NCBI GenBank assembly: GCA_965552055.1
Contig: CBEVQO010000001.1
Span: 192,001 to 256,000, forward strand
DNA length: 64,000 nucleotides
Reading direction: 5' to 3'
Source: an uncultured bacterium
Lineage (GTDB): Bacteria; Hydrothermota; UBA3073; NMUJ01; CBEVQO01
The position numbers and the translations under genes were made by a program. Positions 1 through 10,224 of this stretch are shown piece after piece (position 1 is the stretch's first letter; every line of letters starts with the position of its first letter). The notes beneath the pieces were generated by a model. That model saw nothing but the letters and a program-made list of their open reading frames with translations, was not told where the DNA came from and searched no databases.

Positions 1-500
1 AAGCCATCAGGCGGATTCTCCATTATCTTCTCATATTCTTCAATGGGAATCAATTCTCCCTTTTTGAAATCAGATTCCCCGGGTTCTATAACGACATAAG
101 AATTGTAATAGATTATTTGTTCGAGCTTTGATAACGGCATATCCAGCAAAACACCTATTCTTGATGGTTGTACCTTATAAAACCATATATGGACAACGGG
201 TGCAGCAAGCTCAATATGACCCATCCTTTTCCTTCTTACATCAGCAGTCGTAACCTCCACACCGCATCTCTCACAAACAACACCTTTATATTTCGGTCCC
301 CTATACTTTCCACAATTACACTCATAATCTTTAACCGGACCGAAAATCCTCTCACAGAAAAGACCATCTCTCTCGGGTTTTTGTGTCTTATAGTTTATCG
401 TATCTGCTTTTTTTACTTCACCATGCGACCAGCTTCTTATCGTCTCCGGGGATGCTAATTTTACTCTAATGCCTTTTAAATCAAGAAGATTTAGTTCCAT
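1..500 (-). CDS. rpoC: RNA polymerase beta' subunit, N-terminal part (runs off window start)
   Basis: Manual translation [66 protein letters not shown]...CERCGVEV (beta' zipper and Zn finger); overlaps rpoB stop by 20 nt; missing from ORF track. Confidence 0.97.
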   Translation of the reverse strand, partial: MELNLLDLKGIRVKLASPETIRSWSHGEVKKADTINYKTQKPERDGLFCERIFGPVKDYECNCGKYRGPKYKGVVCERCGVEVTTADVRRKRMGHIELAAPVVHIWFYKVQPSRIGVLLDMPLSKLEQIIYYNSYVVIEPGESDFKKGELIPIEEYEKIMENPPDG

Positions 501-3500
501 CTTCTTCCTCCCTATCTCTTATTATCTCGGGGTCAAGACAAAGACCCCTCAATTCACTTAGTAAAACACCCAGGGATGTGGGAACCCCGGGTTCCGGTAA
601 TTTCTCACCTTTTAAAAGTGCTTCATATGTTTTCTTCCTTCCAACGATATCATCCGATTTTACGGTTATCATCTCCTGCAAAGTATACGCTGCACCATAT
701 GCCTCGAGTGCCCATACCTCCATCTCTCCGAACCTCTGACCGCCTGCACGAGCTTTACCACCAAGTGGCTGCTGGGTTATCAAAGAGTATCTGCCAATAG
801 CTCTCGCATGTATCTTATCTTCTGCCATATGTATTAGTTTTAGCATATACATGTATCCCACAGTCACTTTCTCCTTAAAGGGCTTTCCTGTTCTACCATC
901 GTATAACTTTACCTTTCCATCTTCTGGAATTTTTGCTTCCTTCATCGCTTCTTTTATCTCTTTAATAGAAGCTCCGGAAAAAACAGGGGTTATTGCTCTA
1001 AACTTTAATTTGGCTGCTGCCCAGCCAAGATGTGTCTCGAGAATTTGACCAACATTCATTCTCGATGGAACACCCAGAGGATTTAGCACCATATCAACAG
1101 GCGTACCATCTTCAAGGTAAGGCATATCCTCTTCCGGAACTATTTTGGCTATAGTACCTTTATTCCCGTGTCTTCCCGATAATTTATCTCCAAGTGTAAG
1201 ATTCCTCTTCTGTGCAACAAATACTCTTACTGCTTTTAAAACACCGGGGTCAAGTGGGTCTCCTTCTTCTGCTTTTATCATCTCCTCTTGCTCCTTTTCT
1301 TTCAACTCTTCTATTTTCTCCCTATACAAACCGAGTAATTCTTTTTCTTTTTGCTTATCTTTGCAATCTTTCAAAAGGTTATTCAATTCTTCTTTTAATC
1401 TTTTTCTCATCTTCGAATATTTCTTTTTGATCTTCTCCTGTCTCCTTTCTACTTCTCTCCAGAAGATAGGGTCATCGCTTTTCCTTGATAACACCTGAAC
1501 ATCAACAACAACCCCTCTGAAACCCGGTGGCACCCTCAAAGATGTATTCTTTACATCTGTGGACTTCTCTGCAAATATCGCTCTCAACAAACGCTCCTCA
1601 GGAGCAAGTTCTTTTTCTCCCCTCGGAGTAATTTTACCAACAAGAATATCACCTTCATCAACATAAGCACCAATTCTTACAATACCAAATTCATCGAGAT
1701 TTGCAAGGTCTTCTTCGGGTACATCGGGCAATTCCCTTGTTATCTGCTCGGGACCCAATTTCGTATCTCTAACTTCGACATAAAATTCTTTTATCGTGAC
1801 AGATGTGTAAATATCATCTTTCACAAGCCTTTCACTTATCACAATGGCATCCTCATAATTATATCCCCTCCATGGCATAAATGCAACGAGCACATTCTTA
1901 CCAAGAGCAAGTTCACCCTGAGATGTAGCAGGACCATCCGCTATAACTTCTCCAGCCTTTACTTTTTGACCTACTTTAACTATTGGTCTCTGATTTATAA
2001 CTGTATCCTGATTTGTTCTCAAAAATTTCTTCAAAGGATAATAATCGAACTCAAGAATAGCATCATCGGGTTTTATAACAATTTCATCGGAAGAGACCGA
2101 CACAACTGTTCCCGCTCTTTTCGCCAGCACAACATAAGCACTATCTCTTGCTATCCTCTTCTCCATACCAGTTGCTATTAACGGTGGCTCAGTATAAAGC
2201 AGTGGCACAGCTTGACGCTGCATGTTAGAACCCATCAAAGCTCTATTAGCATCGTCATGCTCAAGAAACGGAATTAAAGAACTGGATAAACTTACAAGTT
2301 GCTTCGGCGAAACATCCATGTAATCAACTTCGTCAACCTTTACAAGAGGATATTCTCCTTTCCTTCGAGCAAGTACAAGCGGACCTTTTAATCTACCATT
2401 TTCATCTACAGGTGCATTTGCCTGAGCAATGGTATGTTTGTCTTCTTCATCTGGTGACATATAAACTATCTCATCCGTAACTTTGCCCTTAACTACTTTC
2501 CTGTAAGGCGTCCTTATAAATCCCATCTCATCTATCCTCGCATAAACCGCAAGTGAATTTATAACACCGATATTTGGACCCTCAGGCGTCTCAATCGGAC
2601 ATATTTTACCGTAATGTGAATAATGAACATCCCTCTGCTCAAGACCAGCTGTCTCCCTGGTTAAACCTCCCGGACCCATCTTCGATAATCTTCTCTTATG
2701 CGTCAGCTCCGATAAAGGATTCGTCTGTTCAAGAAACTGAGAAAGAGGATTCGTAGCAAAGAAACTTTCAATCACACTTTGAACAATTTTAACATTTATC
2801 AAACTCTGAGGCGTTATTTTCCTATCACGGGGTGATAAAAGTGTCATCTTCTCTTTTATACCAATTACAAGTCTCCTCAATGCTATTCTATATTGCTCTT
2901 CCAGTAATTCACAAACTCTTCTTACTCTTTTATTTGAAATGTGTTCTTCATCATCCGGCAAAATCTCCGCTCGTGATAGTTTTAAAATACCTTTCACAAC
3001 ATCAATTATATCCTGAGGAGTTAAACAAAATGCTTTTATATCCCTCCCGAATCTTCTGTTCATTTTGTATCTTCCCATCTCACCTAGATAAAAGCGGTCA
3101 GGATTAAAGTAATTTGTATTAAGTAAGTCTTCTGCAAGCTTAACATTTTGAGGTTCTGTGCCTCTTAATACACGATGAATCTTCTTCAAAGCACCTATCC
3201 TTGTTGATGTCTTATCAGCCTGCAAAGTTTTTATTATATAAACATTTTCCTTATCCCCTATCACTTCGATCTCTTCTTTCTCTCCCTTTTCGAGTAATGC
3301 ATCAACATGCTCTTTTGTAATCTCCTCACCTACTTTTATAAACACCTCGTTATTTATCTTTACTTCTTCAGCCGAAATTTCACCCACAGCATCTTTTACT
3401 TTAACTTTTTTAATCTTATGAAACTCCTCCACCATTTGCCTATCGGTATATCCAAGGGCTCTCAAAAATGTTGTTATCGGTACTTTACGATGCCTGTCAA

Positions 3501-4086
3501 GATAAATTACCATCCTATCATTGCCTGTTGTCTGTATCTTTATCCATGCACCCCTTTCCGGGATTATCTCACCTATATAAATCCTTCTGCCTTCTTTTTC
3601 TACTTCTTCCTTGAAATAAACACCAGGACCTTTCCTTATCTGCATCACAAGTGTTCTTTCCACACCATTTATTATGAAACTACCCGTGGGTGTCATAAGC
3701 GGTATCTCACCGAGATATGTCCATTGCTCCTGGGTGCCTTTCAATTTTCCATCTTCCATAAAGTGAAGCCTGAATTTAACTCGCAAAGGCGCACCATAAG
3801 TTATGCCTTTCTCAAGCGCCTCCTCAGGAGTGTATTTGGGCTCACCAACCTGATACTCCACAAACTCAAGACGAAATCTACCATGTTGGTCCTCCACAGG
3901 AAATTCCTCATTAAAGACCTTCTGCAAGCCCCTGTTCTTCCTTTCGGAAGGCTTTACCTCTTTTTGCAGAAACATCTTAAAAGATTCCAGCTGAGGCTCT
4001 ATGAGAAAAGGAGGCTCTGTAACATCTTTTATCTTGGAATAGTCTCTAATAGTAAATTCCTCTATTTTTAAATCTTTCCTATACAT
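481..4086 (-). CDS. rpoB: RNA polymerase beta subunit
   Basis: Motifs [50 protein letters not shown]. Confidence 0.99.
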   Translation of the reverse strand: MYRKDLKIEEFTIRDYSKIKDVTEPPFLIEPQLESFKMFLQKEVKPSERKNRGLQKVFNEEFPVEDQHGRFRLEFVEYQVGEPKYTPEEALEKGITYGAPLRVKFRLHFMEDGKLKGTQEQWTYLGEIPLMTPTGSFIINGVERTLVMQIRKGPGVYFKEEVEKEGRRIYIGEIIPERGAWIKIQTTGNDRMVIYLDRHRKVPITTFLRALGYTDRQMVEEFHKIKKVKVKDAVGEISAEEVKINNEVFIKVGEEITKEHVDALLEKGEKEEIEVIGDKENVYIIKTLQADKTSTRIGALKKIHRVLRGTEPQNVKLAEDLLNTNYFNPDRFYLGEMGRYKMNRRFGRDIKAFCLTPQDIIDVVKGILKLSRAEILPDDEEHISNKRVRRVCELLEEQYRIALRRLVIGIKEKMTLLSPRDRKITPQSLINVKIVQSVIESFFATNPLSQFLEQTNPLSELTHKRRLSKMGPGGLTRETAGLEQRDVHYSHYGKICPIETPEGPNIGVINSLAVYARIDEMGFIRTPYRKVVKGKVTDEIVYMSPDEEDKHTIAQANAPVDENGRLKGPLVLARRKGEYPLVKVDEVDYMDVSPKQLVSLSSSLIPFLEHDDANRALMGSNMQRQAVPLLYTEPPLIATGMEKRIARDSAYVVLAKRAGTVVSVSSDEIVIKPDDAILEFDYYPLKKFLRTNQDTVINQRPIVKVGQKVKAGEVIADGPATSQGELALGKNVLVAFMPWRGYNYEDAIVISERLVKDDIYTSVTIKEFYVEVRDTKLGPEQITRELPDVPEEDLANLDEFGIVRIGAYVDEGDILVGKITPRGEKELAPEERLLRAIFAEKSTDVKNTSLRVPPGFRGVVVDVQVLSRKSDDPIFWREVERRQEKIKKKYSKMRKRLKEELNNLLKDCKDKQKEKELLGLYREKIEELKEKEQEEMIKAEEGDPLDPGVLKAVRVFVAQKRNLTLGDKLSGRHGNKGTIAKIVPEEDMPYLEDGTPVDMVLNPLGVPSRMNVGQILETHLGWAAAKLKFRAITPVFSGASIKEIKEAMKEAKIPEDGKVKLYDGRTGKPFKEKVTVGYMYMLKLIHMAEDKIHARAIGRYSLITQQPLGGKARAGGQRFGEMEVWALEAYGAAYTLQEMITVKSDDIVGRKKTYEALLKGEKLPEPGVPTSLGVLLSELRGLCLDPEIIRDREEEDGTKSS

Positions 4087-4103
4087 GGTTTTTACTTAAA
4101 ATT

Positions 4104-4487
4104 TTATTTAATTTCACAAACTGCGCCTGCGCCCTCTAATTTTTTCTTTATCGATTCGGCTTCCTCTTTCGATACTTTCTCCTTAACAGCTTTTGGCGCT
4201 CCATCAACCAGTGCTTTCGCTTCTTTCAAACCGAGTCCCGTTATCTCTCTTACAGCTTTTATAACAGCAATCTTATTATCTCCCACTTCCTTAAGTATTA
4301 CATCGAATTCCGTCTTCTCAGCTGCTTCTTCTTTTGCAGCAGGTGCAGCCCCGGGAGCAGCAACAGCAACAGGAGCAGCTTTCACACCAAAACGCTCCTC
4401 TAACTCCTTCACAAGCTCGGCAAGCTCCATCACCGACATGTTTTCTATTAACTCAATCACCTTTTCTTTTGCTGTTTTTTCAGCCAT
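4104..4487 (-). CDS. rplL: 50S ribosomal protein L7/L12
   Basis: [29 protein letters not shown]; operon position. Confidence 0.99.
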   Translation of the reverse strand: MAEKTAKEKVIELIENMSVMELAELVKELEERFGVKAAPVAVAAPGAAPAAKEEAAEKTEFDVILKEVGDNKIAVIKAVREITGLGLKEAKALVDGAPKAVKEKVSKEEAESIKKKLEGAGAVCEIK

Positions 4488-4490
4488 TTT

Positions 4491-5033
4491 TCACCCCTCT
4501 TTTTCTTTCTTCTCTTTTATTTGATTTAAAACCAAAACAAAGTTCTGTAAAACACCCCTCAATGTAAAAATAAGCCCCGATAAGGGAGAAGCAATCCCTG
4601 CAACTACCTTTGCTATTAACTCATCACGCGAAGGTAACCTCGACAATTCATTTATAGCTCTCGCATCATAAACTTTGCCCTCTATAATCCCTCCTTTTAT
4701 TTTCAATTTACCCGTATCACTCGCTATTTTTGTTAACAATTTCGAAGCAGAAACAGGGTCATCTCCAAAGCAAATACCAGTTGGTCCCTTCACAAATTCC
4801 TTCATCTGCTCCCAGCCAAGTTTATCAAAAATTCTTTTTATTATCGTATTCTTCAAAACCTTATACTGCAATCGCTGTTCCTTTATCTTTTTTCGCATAT
4901 CCATCATCTCATTGGCTGTAAGCCCAGTGAAATCCGTAAGTATTACCGATGCAGAATTTCTAAATTTCTCACTGAATTCTTCCACCATCTTTGCTTTTTG
5001 CTCCTTCTTTATTATCTTCTTCTTAGGAGGCAC
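4491..5033 (-). CDS. rplJ: 50S ribosomal protein L10
   Basis: KVLKNT, KGPTG, LSRLPSRDELIAK; GGAGGTG SD before GTG. Confidence 0.97.
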   Translation of the reverse strand: MPPKKKIIKKEQKAKMVEEFSEKFRNSASVILTDFTGLTANEMMDMRKKIKEQRLQYKVLKNTIIKRIFDKLGWEQMKEFVKGPTGICFGDDPVSASKLLTKIASDTGKLKIKGGIIEGKVYDARAINELSRLPSRDELIAKVVAGIASPLSGLIFTLRGVLQNFVLVLNQIKEKKEKEG

Positions 5034-5724
5034 TATGCACCTCCTTCATTAACTTCAGCAAATCTAGTTTAACACTCGGACTCATAGTCGTTGATAGATG
5101 AACACTCTGAATATATGTTCCTTTAAAATCACCGGGTTTTGCATCAAGTATTGCCCTCATAAATTCTTTAACATTCTCACACAAATGCTCGGTAGGAAAA
5201 TTTACTTTTCCAACAGGTCCATGAATGCATCCTGTTTTATCAATTTTGAAATCTATTTTACCTTTCTTTGCCTGAGAAACTGCTTCTTTCACATTATCCG
5301 TCACTGTGCCGGTTTTCGGGGAAGGCATTAAGCCCCTTGGACCCAGTATCTTACCGAGTTTCGCTACCTTCCTCATTATATCAGGTGTTGCTATAACATA
5401 ATCAAATTCTAACCAGCCTTTTTCAATCTTTGAGATATATTCATCGCCTCCAACATAATCAGCACCAGCTTCCTGGGCATCTTTCACCTTAGACTCAGTC
5501 AAAACAAGGACTTTCTTCTCCTTACCAGTACCATAGGGCAGAACAACCGAACCCCTCACGGAATATCTCCTTGGGTCTACACCTAATTTCACCGAAAGCT
5601 CAACTGTTTCAACAAATTTCGCACTCTGCAAACCTTTTAATGTCTCAATTGCTTCCCTTAATTCATATAGCTTTGTTCTGTCAACTTTTTCCAGCAATGC
5701 CCTATATCTTTTGCCACGCTTCAT
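5023..5724 (-). CDS. rplA: 50S ribosomal protein L1
   Basis: [27 protein letters not shown]. Confidence 0.99.
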   Translation of the reverse strand: MKRGKRYRALLEKVDRTKLYELREAIETLKGLQSAKFVETVELSVKLGVDPRRYSVRGSVVLPYGTGKEKKVLVLTESKVKDAQEAGADYVGGDEYISKIEKGWLEFDYVIATPDIMRKVAKLGKILGPRGLMPSPKTGTVTDNVKEAVSQAKKGKIDFKIDKTGCIHGPVGKVNFPTEHLCENVKEFMRAILDAKPGDFKGTYIQSVHLSTTMSPSVKLDLLKLMKEVHSAS

Positions 5725-6152
5725 TATCCCTCCACTACTTCAATCCCCATACTTCTAGCTGTACCCTCAATTATTTTTATCGCTTTTTCAAGATCAGTTG
5801 TATTCAAATCTTTCATCTTCATCTTCGCAATTTCCTCAACCTGTTTTCTTGTCACTTTCCCAACCATTTTCCTTTTAGCCTCACCAGAACCCTTTGCAAG
5901 ACCGGCAGCGCGCTTCAGAAGAACAGAAGCAGGAGGTGATTTCAAGGTTATATCAAAACTCCTATCCTCATAAATCGTAACGATGACAGGAATAATAAGG
6001 TCTTCCTGACCCTTTGTCTTTTCATTAAATTCTTTACAGAATTGCATTATGTTTATGCCATGAGGTCCAAGAGATGTACCAACAGGCGGAGCAGGAGTGG
6101 CATTACCCCCCTGTATCTGCAACTTAACAACTGCTTTTACTCTTTTAGCCAT
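5724..6152 (-). CDS. rplK: 50S ribosomal protein L11
   Basis: [27 protein letters not shown]. Confidence 0.99.
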   Translation of the reverse strand: MAKRVKAVVKLQIQGGNATPAPPVGTSLGPHGINIMQFCKEFNEKTKGQEDLIIPVIVTIYEDRSFDITLKSPPASVLLKRAAGLAKGSGEAKRKMVGKVTRKQVEEIAKMKMKDLNTTDLEKAIKIIEGTARSMGIEVVEG

Positions 6153-6685
6153 CAGTAAACTGGCTCAACCTGCCAGAAATTTACTTCAACAGGAGTCTTC
6201 CTGCCAAACACAGTAATAACCACCCTCAACCTCTGCCTGTCTCTGTAAACCGCCTCTATCTCGCCACAAAAATCAGCAAAAGGCCCATCAATTATCCTGA
6301 CAGAATCACCTTCTTTAAAAGGTACCTCTGCAACAGGCGCTCCCTCTTTCTCCTTGCCAGACAAACTCAAAACAACAGCCATCTCTTCGTCCTTAACAGG
6401 TTGAGGACCCCTGCCTTTACCAGCAAAATATAAAACACCTCTTACACCAGAAATTACCTTCATAAGCTCTTCTTTATCTTCCATCTTAATCCATATATAC
6501 CCCGGATATAAACGCTTGTCAACGGTAACTTTGCCCTTTTTGCTCATTTTCGCAACTTTCTTTGTGGGAATAAAAACTTCATCAACATATTCATCTAGCC
6601 CATGAGCAGATATCTCTTCCTCTATCAATTTTTTAATAATATGCTCCCTGCCTGTCTGAACCCTAACCACAAACCACTTTTTCAT
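6152..6685 (-). CDS. nusG: Transcription elongation factor NusG
   Basis: Start placed at [14 protein letters not shown] (ATGA overlap with secE stop); [23 protein letters not shown]. Confidence 0.97.
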   Translation of the reverse strand: MKKWFVVRVQTGREHIIKKLIEEEISAHGLDEYVDEVFIPTKKVAKMSKKGKVTVDKRLYPGYIWIKMEDKEELMKVISGVRGVLYFAGKGRGPQPVKDEEMAVVLSLSGKEKEGAPVAEVPFKEGDSVRIIDGPFADFCGEIEAVYRDRQRLRVVITVFGRKTPVEVNFWQVEPVY

Positions 6686-6870
6686 CTTAAAATACCTCTC
6701 ATTAAAAATGCAAAGAGGTTGTCCATTAAACCAATGATAATAGCAAAGATAATAGAAAGTACAATAACTATCCATGTAGATGTCCAGACACTTTCCCTTG
6801 AAGGCCAATCCATCCTCTTTAATTCGGTCACCATCTCCCTGAAAAATATTTTCACTTTATCCCACTTCAT
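6682..6870 (-). CDS. secE: Preprotein translocase subunit SecE
   Basis: ELKRMDWPSR motif plus one TM helix; between tRNA-Trp and nusG. Confidence 0.95.
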   Translation of the reverse strand: MKWDKVKIFFREMVTELKRMDWPSRESVWTSTWIVIVLSIIFAIIIGLMDNLFAFLMRGILR

Positions 6871-6876
6871 AATAAA

Positions 6877-6949
6877 CAGGCCCGGGAGGATTTGAACCCC
6901 CAGCCTTCGGATTTGGAGTCCGACGCTCTGCCACTTGAGCTACGGGCCC
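6877..6949 (-). tRNA. tRNA-Trp(CCA)
   Basis: GGGCCCGTAGCTCAAGTGGCAGAGCGTCGGACTCCAAATCCGAAGGCTGGGGGTTCAAATCCTCCCGGGCCTG; 3' CCA not encoded. Confidence 0.95.
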
Positions 6950-7101
6950 TAAACCTTAACCTCCTGATGAACAGTATGCTTCCTGCATACAGGACAATAC
7001 TTCCTGAATTGCAACTTCTTTTGCCTCATCTCCTTCTTCTTCGTAGTAGTGTAATTCCTGCTCTTACACTCCTTACACTGTAATGCCACTATAATCCTCA
7101 T
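6949..7101 (-). CDS. rpmG: 50S ribosomal protein L33 (Zn-ribbon form)
   Basis: Manual translation [50 protein letters not shown], 50 aa, two CxxC; missing from ORF track. Confidence 0.97.
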   Translation of the reverse strand: MRIIVALQCKECKSRNYTTTKKKEMRQKKLQFRKYCPVCRKHTVHQEVKV

Positions 7102-7111
7102 CACATCCCCC

Positions 7112-7184
7112 AGCCCATGGCCGGATTCGAACCGGCGACCTCTGCCTTACCAAGGCAGCGCTCTAACCCCTGAGCTACATGGGC
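7112..7184 (-). tRNA. tRNA-Thr(GGT)
   Basis: GCCCATGTAGCTCAG...CTTGGTAA...GGTTCGAATCCGGCCATGGGCT cloverleaf. Confidence 0.95.
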
Positions 7185-7257
7185 AGCGGGCGACGGGGCT
7201 CGAACCCGCGACCTCCGGCTTGGAAGGCCGGTGCTCTACCAGCTGAGCTACGCCCGC
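7185..7257 (-). tRNA. tRNA-Gly(TCC)
   Basis: GCGGGCGTAGCTCAGCTGGTAGAGC...CTTCCAA...GGTTCGAGCCCCGTCGCCCGCT. Confidence 0.95.
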
Positions 7258-7258
7258 A

Positions 7259-7342
7259 TGGGGAGGGAAGGATTCGAACCTTCGAAGGCACTCGGCCAGC
7301 AGATTTACAGTCTGCCCCCTTTGTCCACTCGGGCACCTCCCC
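7259..7342 (-). tRNA. tRNA-Tyr(GTA)
   Basis: GGGGAGGTGCCCGAGTGG...CTGTAAA, long variable arm, GGTTCGAATCCTTCCCTCCCCA. Confidence 0.95.
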
Positions 7343-7343
7343 A

Positions 7344-7415
7344 AGCCACCGGTGGGACTCGAACCCACAACCTGCTGATTACAAATCAGCCGCTCTTCCA
7401 TTGAGCTACGGCGGC
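7344..7415 (-). tRNA. tRNA-Thr(TGT)
   Basis: GCCGCCGTAGCTCAATGG...TTTGTAA...GGTTCGAGTCCCACCGGTGGCT. Confidence 0.95.
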
Positions 7416-7428
7416 CTTTCCAATCCTA

Positions 7429-7455
7429 TTTATATCCAAAATGCTAATTTGTCAA
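7429..7455 (-). promoter_or_regulatory. Putative promoter of the tRNA/r-protein/rpoBC operon
   Basis: TTGACA-N15-TATAAA, 13 nt upstream of first tRNA. Confidence 0.6.
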
Positions 7456-7511
7456 GCTAAAATTTTAAAAATTTTTAATTGACAAAAATGAATTTAAGGA
7501 TATTAATTATG

Positions 7512-7832
7512 ATGAACTTTGTCGAAAAAATAAAAAAGTTGGGAGGCGATAAACTCCTCCTAAAATTCGGCGAATCTTTTGACTTAAGTGAAGACATCGT
7601 ATTTGTCGTTAAAACCGATAGGGGATGCGAAGTTCTATTATCTCCCGAAAGAATCCGCAAAATAATTGTAACGGGAATCCCTTATTTTAACCCAAAATAC
7701 GGATGGGTAAGAGAAAAAGAATGTGCAGATGCATTGCTAAACTGGAGGATAAAAAGGTTACAGGGACCAACTGCAATGGAGCCAGTTGAAAGAAAACATG
7801 GTATGGCTAAGAATAAAAATAAAAGTAGGTGA
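7512..7832 (+). CDS. Hypothetical protein
   Basis: Open frame; likely start ATG 7512, 5 nt after TTGACA-N16-TATTAA; no recognisable family. Confidence 0.55.
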   Translation: MNFVEKIKKLGGDKLLLKFGESFDLSEDIVFVVKTDRGCEVLLSPERIRKIIVTGIPYFNPKYGWVREKECADALLNWRIKRLQGPTAMEPVERKHGMAKNKNKSR

Positions 7833-7911
7833 AAAAGAAATTGAAACATCCGCTATCGAACATCCCAAACTTCGTGAAAGTGCATCAGAGGAATACTGGT
7901 AAAATTTTTGA

Positions 7912-7938
7912 TTGACATATCCATACTTTCATTATCTT
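7912..7938 (+). promoter_or_regulatory. Putative leaderless promoter of murA operon
   Basis: TTGACA-N15-TATCTT, GTG 5 nt downstream, no SD. Confidence 0.55.
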
Positions 7939-7943
7939 ATTAT

Positions 7944-9197
7944 GTGGAAAAATTCGTAATCGAAGGAGGTCACAAATTAAAAGGCAAAATCAAAATATCA
8001 GGCTCTAAAAATGCAACCCTCCCCATAATGGCAGCTTCCCTCCTATGCTCAGACGAAATAATATTGCATAATGTGCCTCATCTTCGTGATGTAAAAACGA
8101 TGTCAAAAATATTACAGAAAATAGGAGCAAAAGTTCAATTTGATGAAAACACTTTAATCATAAACTCAAAAGATGCAAACCTGCCTGAGGCACCTTATGA
8201 ACTCGTCTCTCAAATGAGGGCATCCTTCCTTGTAGCAGGTCCTCTCATCGCCCGCTTCGGATACGCCAAAGTATCAAGACCGGGAGGATGTGTAATCGGT
8301 GCAAGACCGATTGATGAACATCTGCACGGGCTCAAAGCACTTGGAGCAGATATAAAAGAAGAGCACGGTTACTTAATCTTCAGAACAAATTCCTTAAAAG
8401 GTGCAAAAATTTACATGAACGAAAAATCGGTTACAGCAACAGAAAATATAATAATGGCAGCAGTGAAGGCAAAAGGAAAAACCGAAATAATAAATCCTGC
8501 AATAGAACCCCATGTACAGGAATTGATAAAATTCTTAAATAAAATGGGTGCAAAAATTCATTTTGATACTGAAAAAATCGAAATCGAGGGAGTTGAAAAA
8601 TTAAATCCAGTTGAATTTACAATAACTTCGGATTACATTGAAGCAGGCACTTTTATGATGGCAACAGCTATAACACAGGGAGATGTGTTCCTTGATGGCG
8701 CTATTTATGAGCATTCCATTGCAGAAATAACGAAATTGCAGGAAATGGGAGTCGAAATCAAAAAAGAGAGTACAGGAATTAGAGTGAAATGCACAAAAAG
8801 GGTTAAACCTGTAAATGTTAAAACTGCACCTTTCCCGGGTTTCCCGACAGACCTTCAACCCCAAATATGCGCTTTATTAACATGTGCAGATGGAGTAAGT
8901 ATAGTTGAAGAAGCTATGTACGAAAACAGATTCAGTCATATACCAGAATTACAAAGGATGGGTGCAAAAATTGAATTAGCGGAAAGGAAAATAATAATTG
9001 AAGGTGTAAAAAGGTTATCGGGTGCAAAGGTCATGGCATCGGATATAAGAGCAGGAGCTGCCCTCACAATAGCAGGCTTGCAGGCAGAAGGCGAAACAGA
9101 AGTTTTGAGAGTTTATCACATTGACAGAGGATATGAAAAATTAGATGAAAAATTAAAATCACTTGGTGCAAAGATAAGAAGGGAGCATTATGACTAA
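7944..9197 (+). CDS. murA: UDP-N-acetylglucosamine 1-carboxyvinyltransferase
   Basis: SGSKNATLP, MRAS, PGGCVIGARP (active-site Cys), FPGFPTDLQ, HIDRGYE; start moved to GTG 7944. Confidence 0.98.
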   Translation: MEKFVIEGGHKLKGKIKISGSKNATLPIMAASLLCSDEIILHNVPHLRDVKTMSKILQKIGAKVQFDENTLIINSKDANLPEAPYELVSQMRASFLVAGPLIARFGYAKVSRPGGCVIGARPIDEHLHGLKALGADIKEEHGYLIFRTNSLKGAKIYMNEKSVTATENIIMAAVKAKGKTEIINPAIEPHVQELIKFLNKMGAKIHFDTEKIEIEGVEKLNPVEFTITSDYIEAGTFMMATAITQGDVFLDGAIYEHSIAEITKLQEMGVEIKKESTGIRVKCTKRVKPVNVKTAPFPGFPTDLQPQICALLTCADGVSIVEEAMYENRFSHIPELQRMGAKIELAERKIIIEGVKRLSGAKVMASDIRAGAALTIAGLQAEGETEVLRVYHIDRGYEKLDEKLKSLGAKIRREHYD

Positions 9198-10224
9198 AAA
9201 AGTAAAAATAGGAAATGTGGTAATCGGAGGCGGAGAAAGGATAAAAATACAATCCATGACAAAATCATTAACACAGGATAAAGAAGAAACTTTAAAACAA
9301 ATCAAAAATCTCGAAAGAGCGGGATGTGATATTTGCAGGATAGCAATTCCCGATGAGGAATCGGCCAGATTGATAAAATATTATAAAGAAAGGACTACTC
9401 TTCCAATAGTGGCAGATATACATTTTGACTATAGATTGGCGATTTTATCGATAAAAGAAGGCGCCGATAAAGTAAGGATAAATCCCGGAAATATTTCAAA
9501 GGATAAGATAAAGGAAATAATAAAATGTGCAAAGGATTATGGAATACCAATAAGGATAGGAGTAAATGCGGGCTCACTTGAGAAGGATATTTTGGAGAAG
9601 TATGGCAAACCAACGCCCGATGCACTTTTTGAGAGCATCAAAAGGAATGTTGAATTTTTCCTTGAAAATGATTTTGATAATCTTGTGCTATCTGCAAAAT
9701 CCTCAAATGTTCTTGATACTATTAAAGTTTACAGGAAGATACATAAACATTTTGATTTCCCGTTGCATATAGGAGTCACTGAGGCAGGTCCTTCTTATAT
9801 TGGAGTTACGAAATCTGCAATAGGTATTTCTTCTCTTTTGATGGAAGGAATAGGAGACACGATAAGGGTTTCGCTTTCTGCCCCACCTGAAGAAGAGGTT
9901 TATGTTGCAAAGGAGATTTTGAAAGCAGTTGGTTTACTCAAAGGTCCTGAAATTATATCATGTCCAATGTGCGGTAGAGCAGAATTCGACGTTGAGCGAG
10001 TAGCAAAAGAATTAATGGAGCGACTTATTAACTTTGAAAAGCAGGTAAAGATAGCTATTATGGGATGTGTTGTGAATGGACCTGGTGAAGCCAAAGAGGC
10101 AGATGTCGGGGTTACAGGAAGCAAAGGAGTTGGTGTAATCTTTAAACATGGCAAAATAATAAAAAGAGTGAGAGAAAAAGATTTATTAGATGAATTAATA
10201 AAAATAATATGCGAGGAATTGTGA
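9190..10224 (+). CDS. ispG: (E)-4-hydroxy-3-methylbut-2-enyl-diphosphate synthase
   Basis: IQSMT, VADIHFD, RINPGN, HIGVTEAG, SCPMCGR, MGCVVNGPGEA. Confidence 0.98.
   Translation: MTKKVKIGNVVIGGGERIKIQSMTKSLTQDKEETLKQIKNLERAGCDICRIAIPDEESARLIKYYKERTTLPIVADIHFDYRLAILSIKEGADKVRINPGNISKDKIKEIIKCAKDYGIPIRIGVNAGSLEKDILEKYGKPTPDALFESIKRNVEFFLENDFDNLVLSAKSSNVLDTIKVYRKIHKHFDFPLHIGVTEAGPSYIGVTKSAIGISSLLMEGIGDTIRVSLSAPPEEEVYVAKEILKAVGLLKGPEIISCPMCGRAEFDVERVAKELMERLINFEKQVKIAIMGCVVNGPGEAKEADVGVTGSKGVGVIFKHGKIIKRVREKDLLDELIKIICEEL

Noticed and set aside
1240..1480. Charged coiled-coil insertion in RpoB
   Set aside because: Corresponds to the known lineage-specific beta-i9-type insertion
3307..4071. 254-aa plus-strand ORF and other antisense ORFs over rpoB, r-proteins, cmr and liv genes
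   Set aside because: Antisense shadows of well-supported genes with no recognisable motifs
6686..6808. N-terminal extension of NusG in the ORF track
   Set aside because: Overlaps secE in another frame; conserved NusG starts at 6685
6892..7460. ORFs 6892-7083, 7147-7401 and 7179-7460
   Set aside because: Shadows of tRNA genes and rpmG
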